A DNA stretch of 64,000 bases from a virus. The notes under the pieces were generated by a model that was given only the letters and a program-made list of their open reading frames with translations, had not been told where the DNA came from and ran no database searches. The DNA is taken from IMG/VR virus record IMGVR_UViG_3300032893_000008, positions 32,001 through 96,000 of that record; one strand, 5' to 3'. Positions 17,171 through 27,748 of the stretch are shown piece after piece; position 1 is the first letter of the stretch, and each line of letters begins with the position of its first letter. The translations under genes were made by a program, and so were the position numbers.

Positions 17171-20100
17171 TTATACGTCGAGGATTTCGAGATTGTTCAA
17201 GCTGAAGCCGATAGCGCCCTTGAAGGTGTCAAATTTCAGGGGACCGAACCCGAGGATGATCGAGCCCTTCTGAATCGCCTTAAGATCTAGCCTCCGAGCC
17301 ATGGACGGCCAAATCACGATTTCACAGATCCGACCGTCATTTACAATCGTGACCCGATAGGCAGTAACCCGCTTTCCTTCATCTCGACCGGACTTCGCCA
17401 AAAAGGTGAAAGAATCCTTTTCAAGGACCATACCCAAGATCGCAATCTCCCCCTGAAATTTCCCGGCCACGATCGGGAACTTGGAAAAGTTAGCAATCAA
17501 CGGACGTTTCGCGATCATAGTGAGACCGGAACGCTGTTCATAGTCGGTGCGCTCCATGAGAACTGACTCGAATTCCTTCGTAAGATCAACAGAATAGATT
17601 GACATTACCGTCATCTTTTTCCGAATCAGAGAGGTCTTCGACATGTCCACAAAAGCGGCCGGCAACGACTCCTTCCGCAGCTCGTGCAGCCTAGCGATGA
17701 AGGGCGCGGTCTCCGTCTGGGGAGCGCCGCCATCGGCCGCGGGGAGCCCCTTGAAGCAATCCGCAAAGCACATGCTCATGATGATGCCTTTGTGAAGGAC
17801 ACGCCCCTGGGCCCGACGGTAGAAATCATCGAACGATTGGAAGGGTCCGCCGACGGCAACCTTCGCCTCCAGGTGAGCTACGGCTTTCGGACCCATGCCC
17901 TTCACCAAGGAGAGTGGCGCCAGGAGCTTATGATCGCTGTCCCGGATCGTCCAGCGAGCTGCTGGCGAGTTCACATGAGGCAGCTGGACCTGGTCGTGCA
18001 CAACGTTCAGATATCGCTTGATGTCGTCAGTGCTAGAACTGGTAAGCACCGAAACCCACCATTCCGCCGGGTAGTGGAACTTCAACCAGGCGCACGCATA
18101 AGCGATGATCGCGTAAGCGCAAGCGTGGGCCCGGTTGAACGAGTAGTTCGCGGCACCGATGAAGGACTCCCAGAGCTTCTGGGCCTTCTCGGCATCCCAG
18201 CCGTGCAGCCTGGCCGCGCCCTCGATGAGACTGCCCTTAATCGAATTGATCAGGGCCAGGTCCTTCTTGCCGACAGCTCGCCGGGCATTGTCGGAAGCCA
18301 CCGGATCCAGACCACCGACGACTTCGAAAATCTTCTGAATCTGCTCCTGGAAGACAACCAGGCCGTAGGTATCGCCCAGGATGGGCTCCAGGATCGGATC
18401 AAGGTAGGAGACCGGTTCCTTGCCACTGTAGCGCAAAACAAAGTGCTCAGCGACAGTCTTACCATCTTCCAGGGTGGAATCCAGGCCGCCCGGGCGGCAG
18501 ATCGAAGTGATCAGGATCAGGTCATGAATTCGCCGCGGTTTGATGCGGCGAAGGAAGGGGGACACCAGGTGAGTATCGAACTGGAAGATGGTATCGGATT
18601 GGCCGATCCAGGTGGGTTCGAAGACCGCCTGCTCCTCTTCCAAATTCCAAGGGTCGATGTCGACCCCGTGGCGCTCTTTGATCAGCTTGACGGCATCCCA
18701 AATCCAGTTAAGGGTGTTGACCCCAAGAAGGTCAATCTTCATGCCGCCAATCTTCTCTAGTTGCTTGTAGGAGATCTGCGTGCACTTCCGATTGTCGTAG
18801 TATCGCGTAGGAATCGTCTCATCGATGGGGCCGGGGGTGATCACAACGCCGCCGGCGTGTTTTCCCATCGAGCGCGGCTTCTCTAGGATTTTATAGAGAA
18901 GATCCTTAACATCCTGATTTTCATCCAGATATTCCCGAAGAACCTTATTTTCTTCAAGATGTCCCGGCCAAGCAATTCCATCGGCATCGGTAAAACCGTG
19001 AAGGAACGCGTTTTCCCCCGGATAAAACTGCGGGGCACTTTTAATGGTGGCGGTAATCCTGTGAACGGGATCGTTCTCCGGAAGATGACCGCCGGCCTTC
19101 CAGCGGGCAATATCCTTCAGAGCGTTTTTGGTTTTGATCGTCAGGAACGAACCCACCATCGCAGCGTGTTCCTCCCCGTATCGCTCGAAAACGTAATCGA
19201 CCATCTTCTCACGATCGGAGAAATCCAGATCAATATCGGGCGGAGAGCCAGCCTTGAGACGTCCTTCATTCAGGAACCGCGTAAAGTTGAGGTTCCACTT
19301 GATCGGGTCGATCGCCGTAATACCCAAGAGATAAGAAAGTAGACAGCCACCGGCCGAACCACGGGCTGGACCAGTGCCAACACCCCGATCTTTCGCGGCA
19401 CGAACTATATCAGCCAGGATCAGGAAGTAGTCGGTGTAGTTCGTGACGCCGTTGTCGCAGATGACTCGGATCTCTTCCTCAAGTCTGGATTCGTAGACCG
19501 GATCGCCGTAGCGCATTCGACCATTCGCTTCGATGATCTTGAGCATCAGGTCCCGGCTGGACATCCCCGGCTGGTAAAGCGGATGATTTGAGCCGACCGA
19601 AAGAGACGGAACAAGATTAGCATCTACTTGACCGTGCTGTCCGCCCCAAGCCGCATCCATCATGTTTGCCTGAGATCCTATATATGTAGGGATCATGGAG
19701 GCAAACTTCAGCTTGAAATCTTTACACAAATCTACGATCTGATGGGTGTTTTCGATCATGCCTTCGAACTGAGGCAGGACGATGTAGGGATGGTTCTGTT
19801 GGATCATCGCCCAAGTCTCGTCGGACGAGAGCATGGCGTGAACCTGATGGAAATGGAATCGGTTGTTCGATGCCCCCGAGATGAGCATGTCCTGGACGGG
19901 CTTGAGCGCCGGGTCCGCCATGTGGGCATCGGAAGCGATGATCGTCGGGAGATTGTGCTTCAGCGCCAGGCGCTGGGCGCGAAGGTTGTGCTCGACCTGA
20001 AGGCAGTTCGTCCAGATCTCGACGCCCTCCCCCTCGACGTTTTTGTAGGGGCGCTCGATGAAGCCATATTCCTTGGTGTCTTCCCCGAGCTTCTTCCAAT

Positions 20101-20650
20101 CGGTGCAGACCTGAGCCGGCCCCATCTCCACGAACATACGGCCACGGAAAACGTCCGCGAAACGAGCGAAGAGTGCATCGGACTCCTCAAACGACAACTG
20201 CCGGCGCTGAGCAACACCGACGATGCCGATCATGCATCCGGTGGAGTAAACGAGACCATCGCTGTTGGCCAGGATTTCGTCGACCGAGACGACAGGACGA
20301 CCGAACTCGTAGTGATCCGGGCGGTAACCGATGGAGCTGAGCTTCAATAGGTTCTTGTAACCGACCTCATTCATGGCCAAGAACACACCGTGAAAATACT
20401 TTCGGTCCTTGTCGCCGTCCTTGAGGGTGAGCTTGAAGTAGAGTTCATTCCCCAGGAGCGGGACGAGTCCTTCCTTCTTGCAGGCGTTGTAGTGCTCGTA
20501 GATGCCGGCAACCGTGCCGTGATCGCTGACGGCGATCGCCGGCATGCCAAGGGCCTTAGCGCGCTTGACGTTGTCGGCCGGAGACGTCACACCATCCAAC
20601 AGTGAAAAATGCGAGTGGACGTGTGTATCGACGAAAGGCTTCAATGGCAC
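17171..20650 (-). CDS. dnaE: DNA polymerase III alpha subunit (family C)
   Basis: PHP motif HVHSHFSLLDG, plus GPARGSAGG, PPDIDLDF, HAGGVVI, VFQEQI and YSFNRAHACAY. Confidence 0.97.
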   Translation of the reverse strand: MPLKPFVDTHVHSHFSLLDGVTSPADNVKRAKALGMPAIAVSDHGTVAGIYEHYNACKKEGLVPLLGNELYFKLTLKDGDKDRKYFHGVFLAMNEVGYKNLLKLSSIGYRPDHYEFGRPVVSVDEILANSDGLVYSTGCMIGIVGVAQRRQLSFEESDALFARFADVFRGRMFVEMGPAQVCTDWKKLGEDTKEYGFIERPYKNVEGEGVEIWTNCLQVEHNLRAQRLALKHNLPTIIASDAHMADPALKPVQDMLISGASNNRFHFHQVHAMLSSDETWAMIQQNHPYIVLPQFEGMIENTHQIVDLCKDFKLKFASMIPTYIGSQANMMDAAWGGQHGQVDANLVPSLSVGSNHPLYQPGMSSRDLMLKIIEANGRMRYGDPVYESRLEEEIRVICDNGVTNYTDYFLILADIVRAAKDRGVGTGPARGSAGGCLLSYLLGITAIDPIKWNLNFTRFLNEGRLKAGSPPDIDLDFSDREKMVDYVFERYGEEHAAMVGSFLTIKTKNALKDIARWKAGGHLPENDPVHRITATIKSAPQFYPGENAFLHGFTDADGIAWPGHLEENKVLREYLDENQDVKDLLYKILEKPRSMGKHAGGVVITPGPIDETIPTRYYDNRKCTQISYKQLEKIGGMKIDLLGVNTLNWIWDAVKLIKERHGVDIDPWNLEEEQAVFEPTWIGQSDTIFQFDTHLVSPFLRRIKPRRIHDLILITSICRPGGLDSTLEDGKTVAEHFVLRYSGKEPVSYLDPILEPILGDTYGLVVFQEQIQKIFEVVGGLDPVASDNARRAVGKKDLALINSIKGSLIEGAARLHGWDAEKAQKLWESFIGAANYSFNRAHACAYAIIAYACAWLKFHYPAEWWVSVLTSSSTDDIKRYLNVVHDQVQLPHVNSPAARWTIRDSDHKLLAPLSLVKGMGPKAVAHLEAKVAVGGPFQSFDDFYRRAQGRVLHKGIIMSMCFADCFKGLPAADGGAPQTETAPFIARLHELRKESLPAAFVDMSKTSLIRKKMTVMSIYSVDLTKEFESVLMERTDYEQRSGLTMIAKRPLIANFSKFPIVAGKFQGEIAILGMVLEKDSFTFLAKSGRDEGKRVTAYRVTIVNDGRICEIVIWPSMARRLDLKAIQKGSIILGFGPLKFDTFKGAIGFSLNNLEILDV

Positions 20651-20677
20651 GCTAGTATTTTACCATCTGAGCTAGTT

Positions 20678-21058
20678 TTACTTCGTGACCGGGCGAAGGG
20701 TGGCCATCTCGCGATCCGTCGGGAAACGCCAACGACCCGCGAAGTAGAAGTCGGTTTCGTATTCATGCATGTTGGGAGTATGGACTTCGTGGCACTGGAT
20801 ATCGATATGCCCCGTCCACACCCAAAGGCCCCAGAAGACCTTTTCCGGCACATCAAGCTCCCCCGGGAGATCAGCAAGCGCAGCGATGGTCTCCATCTCT
20901 TGGATCACTTCAAAGCCGCGGCCGCTGAAGTCCAGGATATGACCATCGCCGGCATGATCGAACGCAACCAGCATCCAGTCGCGCGATCGCTTGGGCCTCT
21001 TGGGCTCAGGAGGAGCCGCCGCCGCCATTAAGATTTCTTCGTCAAGTTCATCGCTCAT
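20678..21058 (-). CDS. hypothetical protein
   Basis: 126-aa ORF in the operon. Confidence 0.7.
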   Translation of the reverse strand: MSDELDEEILMAAAAPPEPKRPKRSRDWMLVAFDHAGDGHILDFSGRGFEVIQEMETIAALADLPGELDVPEKVFWGLWVWTGHIDIQCHEVHTPNMHEYETDFYFAGRWRFPTDREMATLRPVTK

Positions 21059-21061
21059 ACT

Positions 21062-22372
21062 CTACTCCAGGGGGATATTACGAAAACCGGGCACTTCCGT
21101 CCCTTTCGCACAAAGGGCGAAAAGCGTAGGAATCCTGTGATTGTCAGGAAGAGGCATGAATCCATCGGTCAAGCAAATCACGCCATCAACGCCCAATTTC
21201 TTAGCGTAATCAAACGCATCCTGCATGTCCGTGCCACCGCCAGAGGAGCCGAATTTGATATTCGGGACGGTTCCGTCTTTGATGACAGTATCGAAGTTGA
21301 TCCGGGTATCGCACCCAACAACACGAACCTCTTCGACGATCTTGGAAAGAGTAACGCCATGCTCCATGAATTTCCGATATTCATTCGCAGTGGATCCCGA
21401 ATTGTCCACGATGATCATGAGCTTGGCGCGATACTGCTTCACGTGACCGGGCGAGGCGGCGCCGTAACGTCGATTGTAACGTCGCCAGGAACGCTCGCGA
21501 TCATCCTTAAGGACAGTCTGAGCGAACATAGTGATCTCCCGTTCCCAAGGAAATCTGACCACCGGATCGCGGAAGTCCTCCAAAGTGCGGGCCAGCTCGC
21601 CGGGGATATTACCCGGAGGACGATTACCGAGGCTGCGAAAAGCTTCCTTCAGAATTTTGTCCGAGATCGCCCTCTGCTCTTCGGTCAGATCTCCGTGATC
21701 GATGATCTTGCCGCTCTTGCCTCCGGGAGTGAAACGTCCGTGCGTCGCCGGCCGAACTCCGCCCTTAGACTCAAATGCCTCGGCCTGTTTCTTGTTCTGC
21801 ATCAAACGGACGTAGATCTCGTCCATAGTAGTCTCGTGAATAACGAGACCCTCCAGACAGGGAAACATCATCTTGCCGACGTCAGGATTGGCAACACGAA
21901 CCAGATCCCCATTCTCGCCCTTCGTCCACTTGAAAGGGTTTTCGTGCAGGACAATCAAATCCTGCTCTTCCGGCTTGAGCTTGTTGTATTCGCCGATATG
22001 ACTCTCGTTTACGATAATATCCATCGCGAGGTTGGCGATCTTCCGGTTCATCCCCTCCCCTCGGACGAGATGATGCAAACCGACGTGCAGCAGTTCGTGC
22101 ATCACCGCAAACCGAAGCTTCTCGTCTGAAATACTCGCAATGAAATCAACGTTGTAGAACAAATAGCACGTCGGATCGTCGGGCATGAAACCCACGGCCA
22201 TCGTGCTGATTTCATCGGTCGCGTCCATCTGACCGAGCTGCGTTGCGATCGCGTAGTAAAGCGGATGGGTATAGTAGAGCATCGCGGTAGCCATCGCGAG
22301 CCGCTCCATCTGCACCGCACGCTTCGTCAGATATTCTTTGCGATCGGAGTCCACGTCATTCCCCGCGGGCAA
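21062..22372 (-). CDS. putative metallopeptidase + VWA-like domain protein (DUF2201-like)
   Basis: HELLH (HExxH), ANLAMDIIVN, SWRRYNRR, VDNSGS, GGGTD, LTDG. Confidence 0.85.
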   Translation of the reverse strand: MPAGNDVDSDRKEYLTKRAVQMERLAMATAMLYYTHPLYYAIATQLGQMDATDEISTMAVGFMPDDPTCYLFYNVDFIASISDEKLRFAVMHELLHVGLHHLVRGEGMNRKIANLAMDIIVNESHIGEYNKLKPEEQDLIVLHENPFKWTKGENGDLVRVANPDVGKMMFPCLEGLVIHETTMDEIYVRLMQNKKQAEAFESKGGVRPATHGRFTPGGKSGKIIDHGDLTEEQRAISDKILKEAFRSLGNRPPGNIPGELARTLEDFRDPVVRFPWEREITMFAQTVLKDDRERSWRRYNRRYGAASPGHVKQYRAKLMIIVDNSGSTANEYRKFMEHGVTLSKIVEEVRVVGCDTRINFDTVIKDGTVPNIKFGSSGGGTDMQDAFDYAKKLGVDGVICLTDGFMPLPDNHRIPTLFALCAKGTEVPGFRNIPLE

Positions 22373-23615
22373 GCTTCTCGGCAGCCTTGTGCACTTCCTT
22401 CAGGGTAGCGAAGTGACGCTGCAGAAAATTCGAATCACGCATCAGCTCTTTCACGAACGTCGGGAAAAGAATCTTGTTCGGAAGAGTCTGAAGGCGCTCG
22501 CCAGCGTTGAGGAAAAAGGTATTGATCAGATCGGCCGGCGACTGCTCCATGAACGCACGGACATTCGCGATCATCTTCTTACTTTCGGGAGCATCGAGGG
22601 CAAGACCTTCATCGTAGCGAGTGTAGAGCAGAGAGGAAACGGACTTCGCGACAGTCGACAACGCATCAAACCGACCATCCGCCTCCAGATCCTTGAGCTT
22701 CTGGGACACTTCCTCGTTCCAGGAGTCCAGGATCTCCTCGGCCGTAACGGACTTGATCGTCGAAACGAACGCACTGAGGAGAGCGGCAAGATCCTTACCA
22801 ACCTCGGCCACTGCCGCCCGGAACCAGTTGGGAGAGCTGATGCCGCCGGCGGCGTTGATGGCTCGAATCAGAAACTCCAAGCCGCGGGGGGTGATACGAT
22901 CCTCCTCCCCATGAAATGCAAGAAGGTGGTTCGTGGCGGAGTTCAGACCAGCGGACTCAACCCAGCGCAGGACGATGTGATTACCGTATTTCTCACGGAG
23001 GTAATCCATCAGTTCCTTGATCGACGGATCGAACCACACGAACGTCACACGATCCCGGAGAGCGCGGTCCCATTCGCTGACCTCGTAGGACACGCCGGCG
23101 TATTCCGACGGGTTCATGGCCATGACGATCATCCAGTCCTTACCGACCTGGTAATCGTTGACGCGACGGGCCTGGATCAGGGTGAGCATTGCGGAACGAA
23201 TGTCGCGGTTCACGCGGTTCGGTTCGTCGAGGAACCAGATGCCTCGACCAGTGGTAGGCAGAAGCCCCGGGCGCCCGTGGACGGTAACGCGCTCGCCGTC
23301 GACGGTGACGTTCTCGCCCAGGCCCGCAAGATCGGGAGCTTCCAGGAACTGGAGATTGCAATCCCGAGTCGCTACCGAAGCTTCGATGATCTCAGCAATC
23401 TTCTTCGCGGCCTGAGCCGGAACTTCAGACTTGCCGATACCGGCGGGTCCAACCATGACAATCGGACGGCAGATGATGGGTTCGCGATCAAATGCCTTGG
23501 TCTTGGGATTCCACCCCATCTGCGCCAGGTGGCGCTCGACAATCAGATCGATGATCTGACTGGCGGACAGGTGGATCATGGAGGAGCGGGCATCTTTTTT
23601 CGTCTTCTCGGGCAC
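22356..23615 (-). CDS. MoxR-like AAA+ ATPase
   Basis: GPAGIGKS, FLDEPNR, AMNP and DRALRDR motifs; paired with the VWA gene. Confidence 0.88.
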   Translation of the reverse strand: MPEKTKKDARSSMIHLSASQIIDLIVERHLAQMGWNPKTKAFDREPIICRPIVMVGPAGIGKSEVPAQAAKKIAEIIEASVATRDCNLQFLEAPDLAGLGENVTVDGERVTVHGRPGLLPTTGRGIWFLDEPNRVNRDIRSAMLTLIQARRVNDYQVGKDWMIVMAMNPSEYAGVSYEVSEWDRALRDRVTFVWFDPSIKELMDYLREKYGNHIVLRWVESAGLNSATNHLLAFHGEEDRITPRGLEFLIRAINAAGGISSPNWFRAAVAEVGKDLAALLSAFVSTIKSVTAEEILDSWNEEVSQKLKDLEADGRFDALSTVAKSVSSLLYTRYDEGLALDAPESKKMIANVRAFMEQSPADLINTFFLNAGERLQTLPNKILFPTFVKELMRDSNFLQRHFATLKEVHKAAEKLARGE

Positions 23616-23636
23616 TTGAAATCTCCTATCGCGGGC

Positions 23637-23665
23637 ATCCTACCAAGGGGGAAGCGCCCGGTCAA
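23637..23665 (-). promoter_or_regulatory. sigma70-type promoter
   Basis: TTGACC-17 nt-TAGGAT, followed by an AGGAG SD before GTG 23615. Confidence 0.65.
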
Positions 23666-24783
23666 GCAATTTTACGGCGCAGCTCTTCCAGGGGCTCGCC
23701 GAAGAGGTCGAGAAGGAGGCGCCGGAATTCTGGCGTTCCATTCGAATTGTTGTGGAGGATATTCGAAAAAGCAGACACCGAACGCCCTAGATATGCGGCG
23801 AGCGTGCCATGGGTAGACGGCAATCCTTTCTCCCTGGCAAGCTGGAAAATCCGGAACTTTGACGCCCGGCCGCGGGCGCGAACACGGGGAACGGACCGAG
23901 ATGATTTCGACGTAAAAACCAATCCGGAATTTGCCAACTCTTCAGAGACGATGGCGTATATTTCCGGATTCATCAGATCGATGGCGGTATCAGCAACGTC
24001 ATCGAAACTTACGTGAGTGGTAAGATTGATGTCCGTCAGACGGTTGCGGAGGAGAGAAGACAGCTCCTCGCTGCTTCGGACCTTCACGGCGCCACTGGGA
24101 TCAAGCACCTTGGACTGAAGCGTTCTCTTCAGATCCTTGTTCATACCACCCAAGGCTTCATGAAACTTCCCGATCGCTTCATCGATAGGCATCCCGGGGG
24201 AGATCGAATCGATCAGATTCTGGATCGTATTCCGGTATCCATCGATATCGACCACGTGCCCGCCGTGACGGGCGGCTGTGTAACTTCGGGATAGCGAGAT
24301 GAACTTCCGGCGAAGATGGATGTATACGAGAGTAGACTCTTTCGCGCACCCCTCCCCGTGGCGAAGATTCTTCTGGATCCAACGGAGCTGCTGAAGGACG
24401 AAAATACGACCGTCCTGAATCAGGTCCTCAACGGACTTGCCGAGACGGCCGATCGAAGCACGAGGATCCAAGGTGGAGCAACTGTTTCCTCCGGCCCAGT
24501 AGCGAAGGACGTGATCGTTGATCATCTTCTTGATCATCGGATCGTATTTACGAATCTGATCATCCGTTACTAGCTCCGGATTCCCTTTCACTCTCGACTT
24601 CGGAGTGTAGGTTTTACCCGGCTGGAGATGCCCCCACCGTCGCCCGGACTTGATGTCCGATACCATGGGTTGCTGGATGTTGTAACGCTTAGCGATGACC
24701 CGCTGCGGGTCTGTGGAACGGAGGATCTCCAGCGCTTGCTCTTCCGTCAGCTTTTTGCGACGAATGGGGACGTTCTCTTCCAT
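23662..24783 (-). CDS. multi-HTH protein with a central sigma region-2-like segment
   Basis: N-terminal HTH (QRVIAKRYNIQQPMVSDIKSGRRW), central KYDPMIKKMI...EDLIQDGRIFV...STLVYIHLRRKF, C-terminal Xre-like HTH. Start is ATG 24783 or GTG 24792. Confidence 0.55.
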   Translation of the reverse strand: MEENVPIRRKKLTEEQALEILRSTDPQRVIAKRYNIQQPMVSDIKSGRRWGHLQPGKTYTPKSRVKGNPELVTDDQIRKYDPMIKKMINDHVLRYWAGGNSCSTLDPRASIGRLGKSVEDLIQDGRIFVLQQLRWIQKNLRHGEGCAKESTLVYIHLRRKFISLSRSYTAARHGGHVVDIDGYRNTIQNLIDSISPGMPIDEAIGKFHEALGGMNKDLKRTLQSKVLDPSGAVKVRSSEELSSLLRNRLTDINLTTHVSFDDVADTAIDLMNPEIYAIVSEELANSGLVFTSKSSRSVPRVRARGRASKFRIFQLAREKGLPSTHGTLAAYLGRSVSAFSNILHNNSNGTPEFRRLLLDLFGEPLEELRRKIA

Positions 24784-24792
24784 GTGGGGCAC

Positions 24793-24821
24793 ATGATACC
24801 AGAGTATCGGATCGATGTCAA
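24793..24821 (-). promoter_or_regulatory. near-consensus sigma70 promoter
   Basis: TTGACA-17 nt-TATCAT. Confidence 0.75.
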
Positions 24822-24822
24822 G

Positions 24823-26271
24823 TCACTTTTCGACCACAGCTACTGGCGCGATCTCTTCGAACCATTCCTTGCGCGCATCGCCATGGCGCTTCAAGTGCTG
24901 AGCCTGGGGCACATCGATCTGATAGTCAATAACCAGGACTTCGTTCTTACGGCCTTCCACTCGCCGAAGGCCACGGCCAAGGTTCTGCATCACCAACCCC
25001 TTGGAAGCACCGCCGGCGAGCAGCATCAAGACATCGACCGGGAGGATATCGGTTCCCTCTCCGATCACAGAAGTTCCGATCAGACATCGAATTTTACCAG
25101 CGTTAAAGTCTCGCACGGCTTCGGAAGGATCCACCCAAGGAGCACCTTCTTCCTGGGCCTTCTCCTTCGCGCGCACGAAGACCGAGCCCTCGATCCGCGA
25201 TTGAAGTTCGTGACCGTGCTCACGTTCCTTAACCAGGATTAACACCTGCTTACCGGCTTTCAGCACGGCCTTCGCCTGAGCAACCACGAGCTTGTTGAGG
25301 TAGTCATTTCTGATCACGTGCTCCTGGAAGGACTTAATCAGGTTCGCCGGCGCGGCGGTCGAGGAGGTGGTGATCCGATAAAGCATGAACCGAGGAGTAG
25401 CCAGGAAGCCATCCCTGATGCCCTCCTGGACGGTGTAGGTATCGATGACCGGGAACGTCGCAGCTTCGATCGCCAAGTCAGCTCCATCGGCCCGGAAGGG
25501 AGTAGCGGTAAAGCCGAATCGGTAGAAGGCGTTGGGAACGAAATCATAGCAGATCTGAGAAACGGTAGCGCAGGGCAAATGATGACACTCATCGAAGATG
25601 AGCACCTGACGGTCATCCCAATCTTTCGGGGTGGAATTCAGGATACTCGGCGCACAAGCGATGGTGATATCACGGATCTTCTTCTTACCGTCCCCATACT
25701 GAGATACCCGCGCCGGACCGAAAAACATCTCGAAACGACGAACGGTCTGCTTCAAGATCGACGTGTTGGGCACCACGAGGAGAGACTTTAGCCCCAATCG
25801 CTGAAGAAGCTTCATGATGACGACGGTCTTACCAGTGCCGGTGGCAGACTCGATGGTTCCCTGGCCGGCAGCCAGGCAGCGCTCAAACTGACGCGTCTGG
25901 TAGTAACGCATCTCCGGCGGGGCCTGCTCCATCCGGAACCCAGGACCTTGCCGCGGCCGCACCCGAATGTCCTCAACCATCGGAGCCTGAAGCTTTTCAC
26001 GGACACGATCGAGCAATCCCGTTGGAAACACCAACGAATCCCCGTCCATGGACGCAAGCGCTACGTGCTGCTGCGCCTGGAGTTGCGCGATGCGCATCGC
26101 GAAGTAGTCCGCACCACCGCCATAAGCTCGCCTGGCGGCACGCTGCGCCTGTCGGATCTGATAAGATACTGACTTGTCGGTGTAGGTGAGTTCCTTGATG
26201 ACCTTCGCGGCTTCTTCAGGCGAGATCCCGCTCACGGTAGACTTGGAATATCCGACACGGATGATGGCCAC
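24823..26271 (-). CDS. SF2 DEXH helicase (UvsW/XPB-like)
   Basis: ATGTGKT, DECHH, TATPFRAD, GEGTD and QNLGRGLR motifs. Confidence 0.92.
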   Translation of the reverse strand: MAIIRVGYSKSTVSGISPEEAAKVIKELTYTDKSVSYQIRQAQRAARRAYGGGADYFAMRIAQLQAQQHVALASMDGDSLVFPTGLLDRVREKLQAPMVEDIRVRPRQGPGFRMEQAPPEMRYYQTRQFERCLAAGQGTIESATGTGKTVVIMKLLQRLGLKSLLVVPNTSILKQTVRRFEMFFGPARVSQYGDGKKKIRDITIACAPSILNSTPKDWDDRQVLIFDECHHLPCATVSQICYDFVPNAFYRFGFTATPFRADGADLAIEAATFPVIDTYTVQEGIRDGFLATPRFMLYRITTSSTAAPANLIKSFQEHVIRNDYLNKLVVAQAKAVLKAGKQVLILVKEREHGHELQSRIEGSVFVRAKEKAQEEGAPWVDPSEAVRDFNAGKIRCLIGTSVIGEGTDILPVDVLMLLAGGASKGLVMQNLGRGLRRVEGRKNEVLVIDYQIDVPQAQHLKRHGDARKEWFEEIAPVAVVEK

Positions 26272-26277
26272 GGGGAT

Positions 26278-26314
26278 ATTCTACCCAAACCGAAAACCGT
26301 TCAATCGGTATAAT
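26278..26314. promoter_or_regulatory. back-to-back divergent extended -10 promoters at the strand switch
   Basis: Minus GGTAGAAT 6 nt before GTG 26271; plus GGTATAAT 7 nt before ATG 26322. Confidence 0.7.
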
Positions 26315-26321
26315 TCGAGTG

Positions 26322-26519
26322 ATGCCCGTCGATTTCCACGCCTACGCCTTCAATCAGCACGAAGTAAAGAGCCACGATACCGCGTGCAACGTCTGCCTGA
26401 CGTATTGCGGCTTGCGAATTGCAGACGCCGCCATTCTGGAAGCCATCAGCGCCGGACACCCGAAGTGCCAGGGGTGCGAAGCCATGAAGCCGAAGACGGA
26501 GAAAAAGACTGATGAGTAA
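26322..26519 (+). CDS. small Cys-rich (possible Zn-binding) protein
   Basis: TYCG...KCQGC; promoter immediately upstream. Confidence 0.65.
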   Translation: MPVDFHAYAFNQHEVKSHDTACNVCLTYCGLRIADAAILEAISAGHPKCQGCEAMKPKTEKKTDE

Positions 26520-27687
26520 TTTCTCTCCCGATCAGCAGATCGCCTACGACGGCATTCTACAGTGGGCGAAGGATCCAAATTCATCCCAGACCGCGGCGCT
26601 TACTGGTTTTGCCGGCTGCGGCAAAACCTTCGTCGTCGCTAGCTTGGCTACTTCAGGAAACGTCCATTACTGCACCCCTACCGCCCAAGCGGCTTCGGTC
26701 CTCAATCGGATGCTCCCCAACGGCGGAGCTACTACTGCCCATCGTTTCCTCCGGGAATACAAGAAGCCGCCGGCCATCTCTAAGGAGAATACCCTAGCCG
26801 ATCCTTTCGAGGAACAGAAATGGGAATATCGGGTAAAGCATTACTCTGAGTTCACGAGCCTGGACCTGATCGTCGCAGATGAAGCGAGCATGCTGTCCAC
26901 GGACATCTGCCAAGAACTCCGCGATACCCGCCGTAAGGTTCTATTCGTTGGCGATCCGGCACAGCTTGGCCCTATTAATCGCGAAGAGATGCCGGCGGAA
27001 CTGAAGAATCCCACCTGGCACCTCAGTAAGCTCCACCGGGTGATGGAAACCCATCCGCTACGCAAACTCGGCGAAGCCGCTCGGTCGAAGTTCCTGTCCG
27101 AGTTGAAGAATTTTGCCGAACCCGGAAAGATCATTTTCATCGATCGTGATCGCCTAAAATCCGTCGTTAAGCTGATGTGGAAGGACCTAGCGCCAGAACA
27201 GCTGGAATCTCGGATCTTTATCGCCGACACCAATGAACTAAGGGTGATGGTCAACAAGCTCGTTCGCCAGGTCCTGTTCGGTGACACGACGAACGATCCC
27301 GTCCCTGGCGATCGTATTGTCTTCCTCAAGAACGAGCGAAGAACCCGAATCTACAACGGCATGCGTGGAACCGTGATTTCCGTAAACAAAGTTTACGGCG
27401 ACCAGCTCCTGATCGAAGTCCAACCAGACTACGACTCCCAGGGGGTGCTACGCACGCGGGTAGAACGCTCCCAGTTCAACAATCCGAAGAAGATCCCGTG
27501 GGACCAGGGGCAGGCTAGCTTGGCCGACTACGCTTACGCTTCAACTTGTCACAAAGCCCAGGGGGATCAGTTCGAAACAGTGGTGACGCTCGCTGAACCA
27601 GGGCGCTTCAAGTCTACTCCCGAGACCCTGAGTTGGTCCTATACGGCCATCTCTCGTGCCCAGGAGAAGCTGGTAATTCTGGTATGA
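26512..27687 (+). CDS. SF1B helicase (Dda/RecD2-like)
   Basis: GFAGCGKT, DEASM, VGDPAQL, YASTCHKAQG and YTAISRA motifs. Confidence 0.92.
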   Translation: MSNFSPDQQIAYDGILQWAKDPNSSQTAALTGFAGCGKTFVVASLATSGNVHYCTPTAQAASVLNRMLPNGGATTAHRFLREYKKPPAISKENTLADPFEEQKWEYRVKHYSEFTSLDLIVADEASMLSTDICQELRDTRRKVLFVGDPAQLGPINREEMPAELKNPTWHLSKLHRVMETHPLRKLGEAARSKFLSELKNFAEPGKIIFIDRDRLKSVVKLMWKDLAPEQLESRIFIADTNELRVMVNKLVRQVLFGDTTNDPVPGDRIVFLKNERRTRIYNGMRGTVISVNKVYGDQLLIEVQPDYDSQGVLRTRVERSQFNNPKKIPWDQGQASLADYAYASTCHKAQGDQFETVVTLAEPGRFKSTPETLSWSYTAISRAQEKLVILV

Positions 27688-27748
27688 AAGAAATTTGCGT
27701 CACACGTTGTCACCACTGTGTCACATCAATGTTCCCGGGGTCGCTCTA

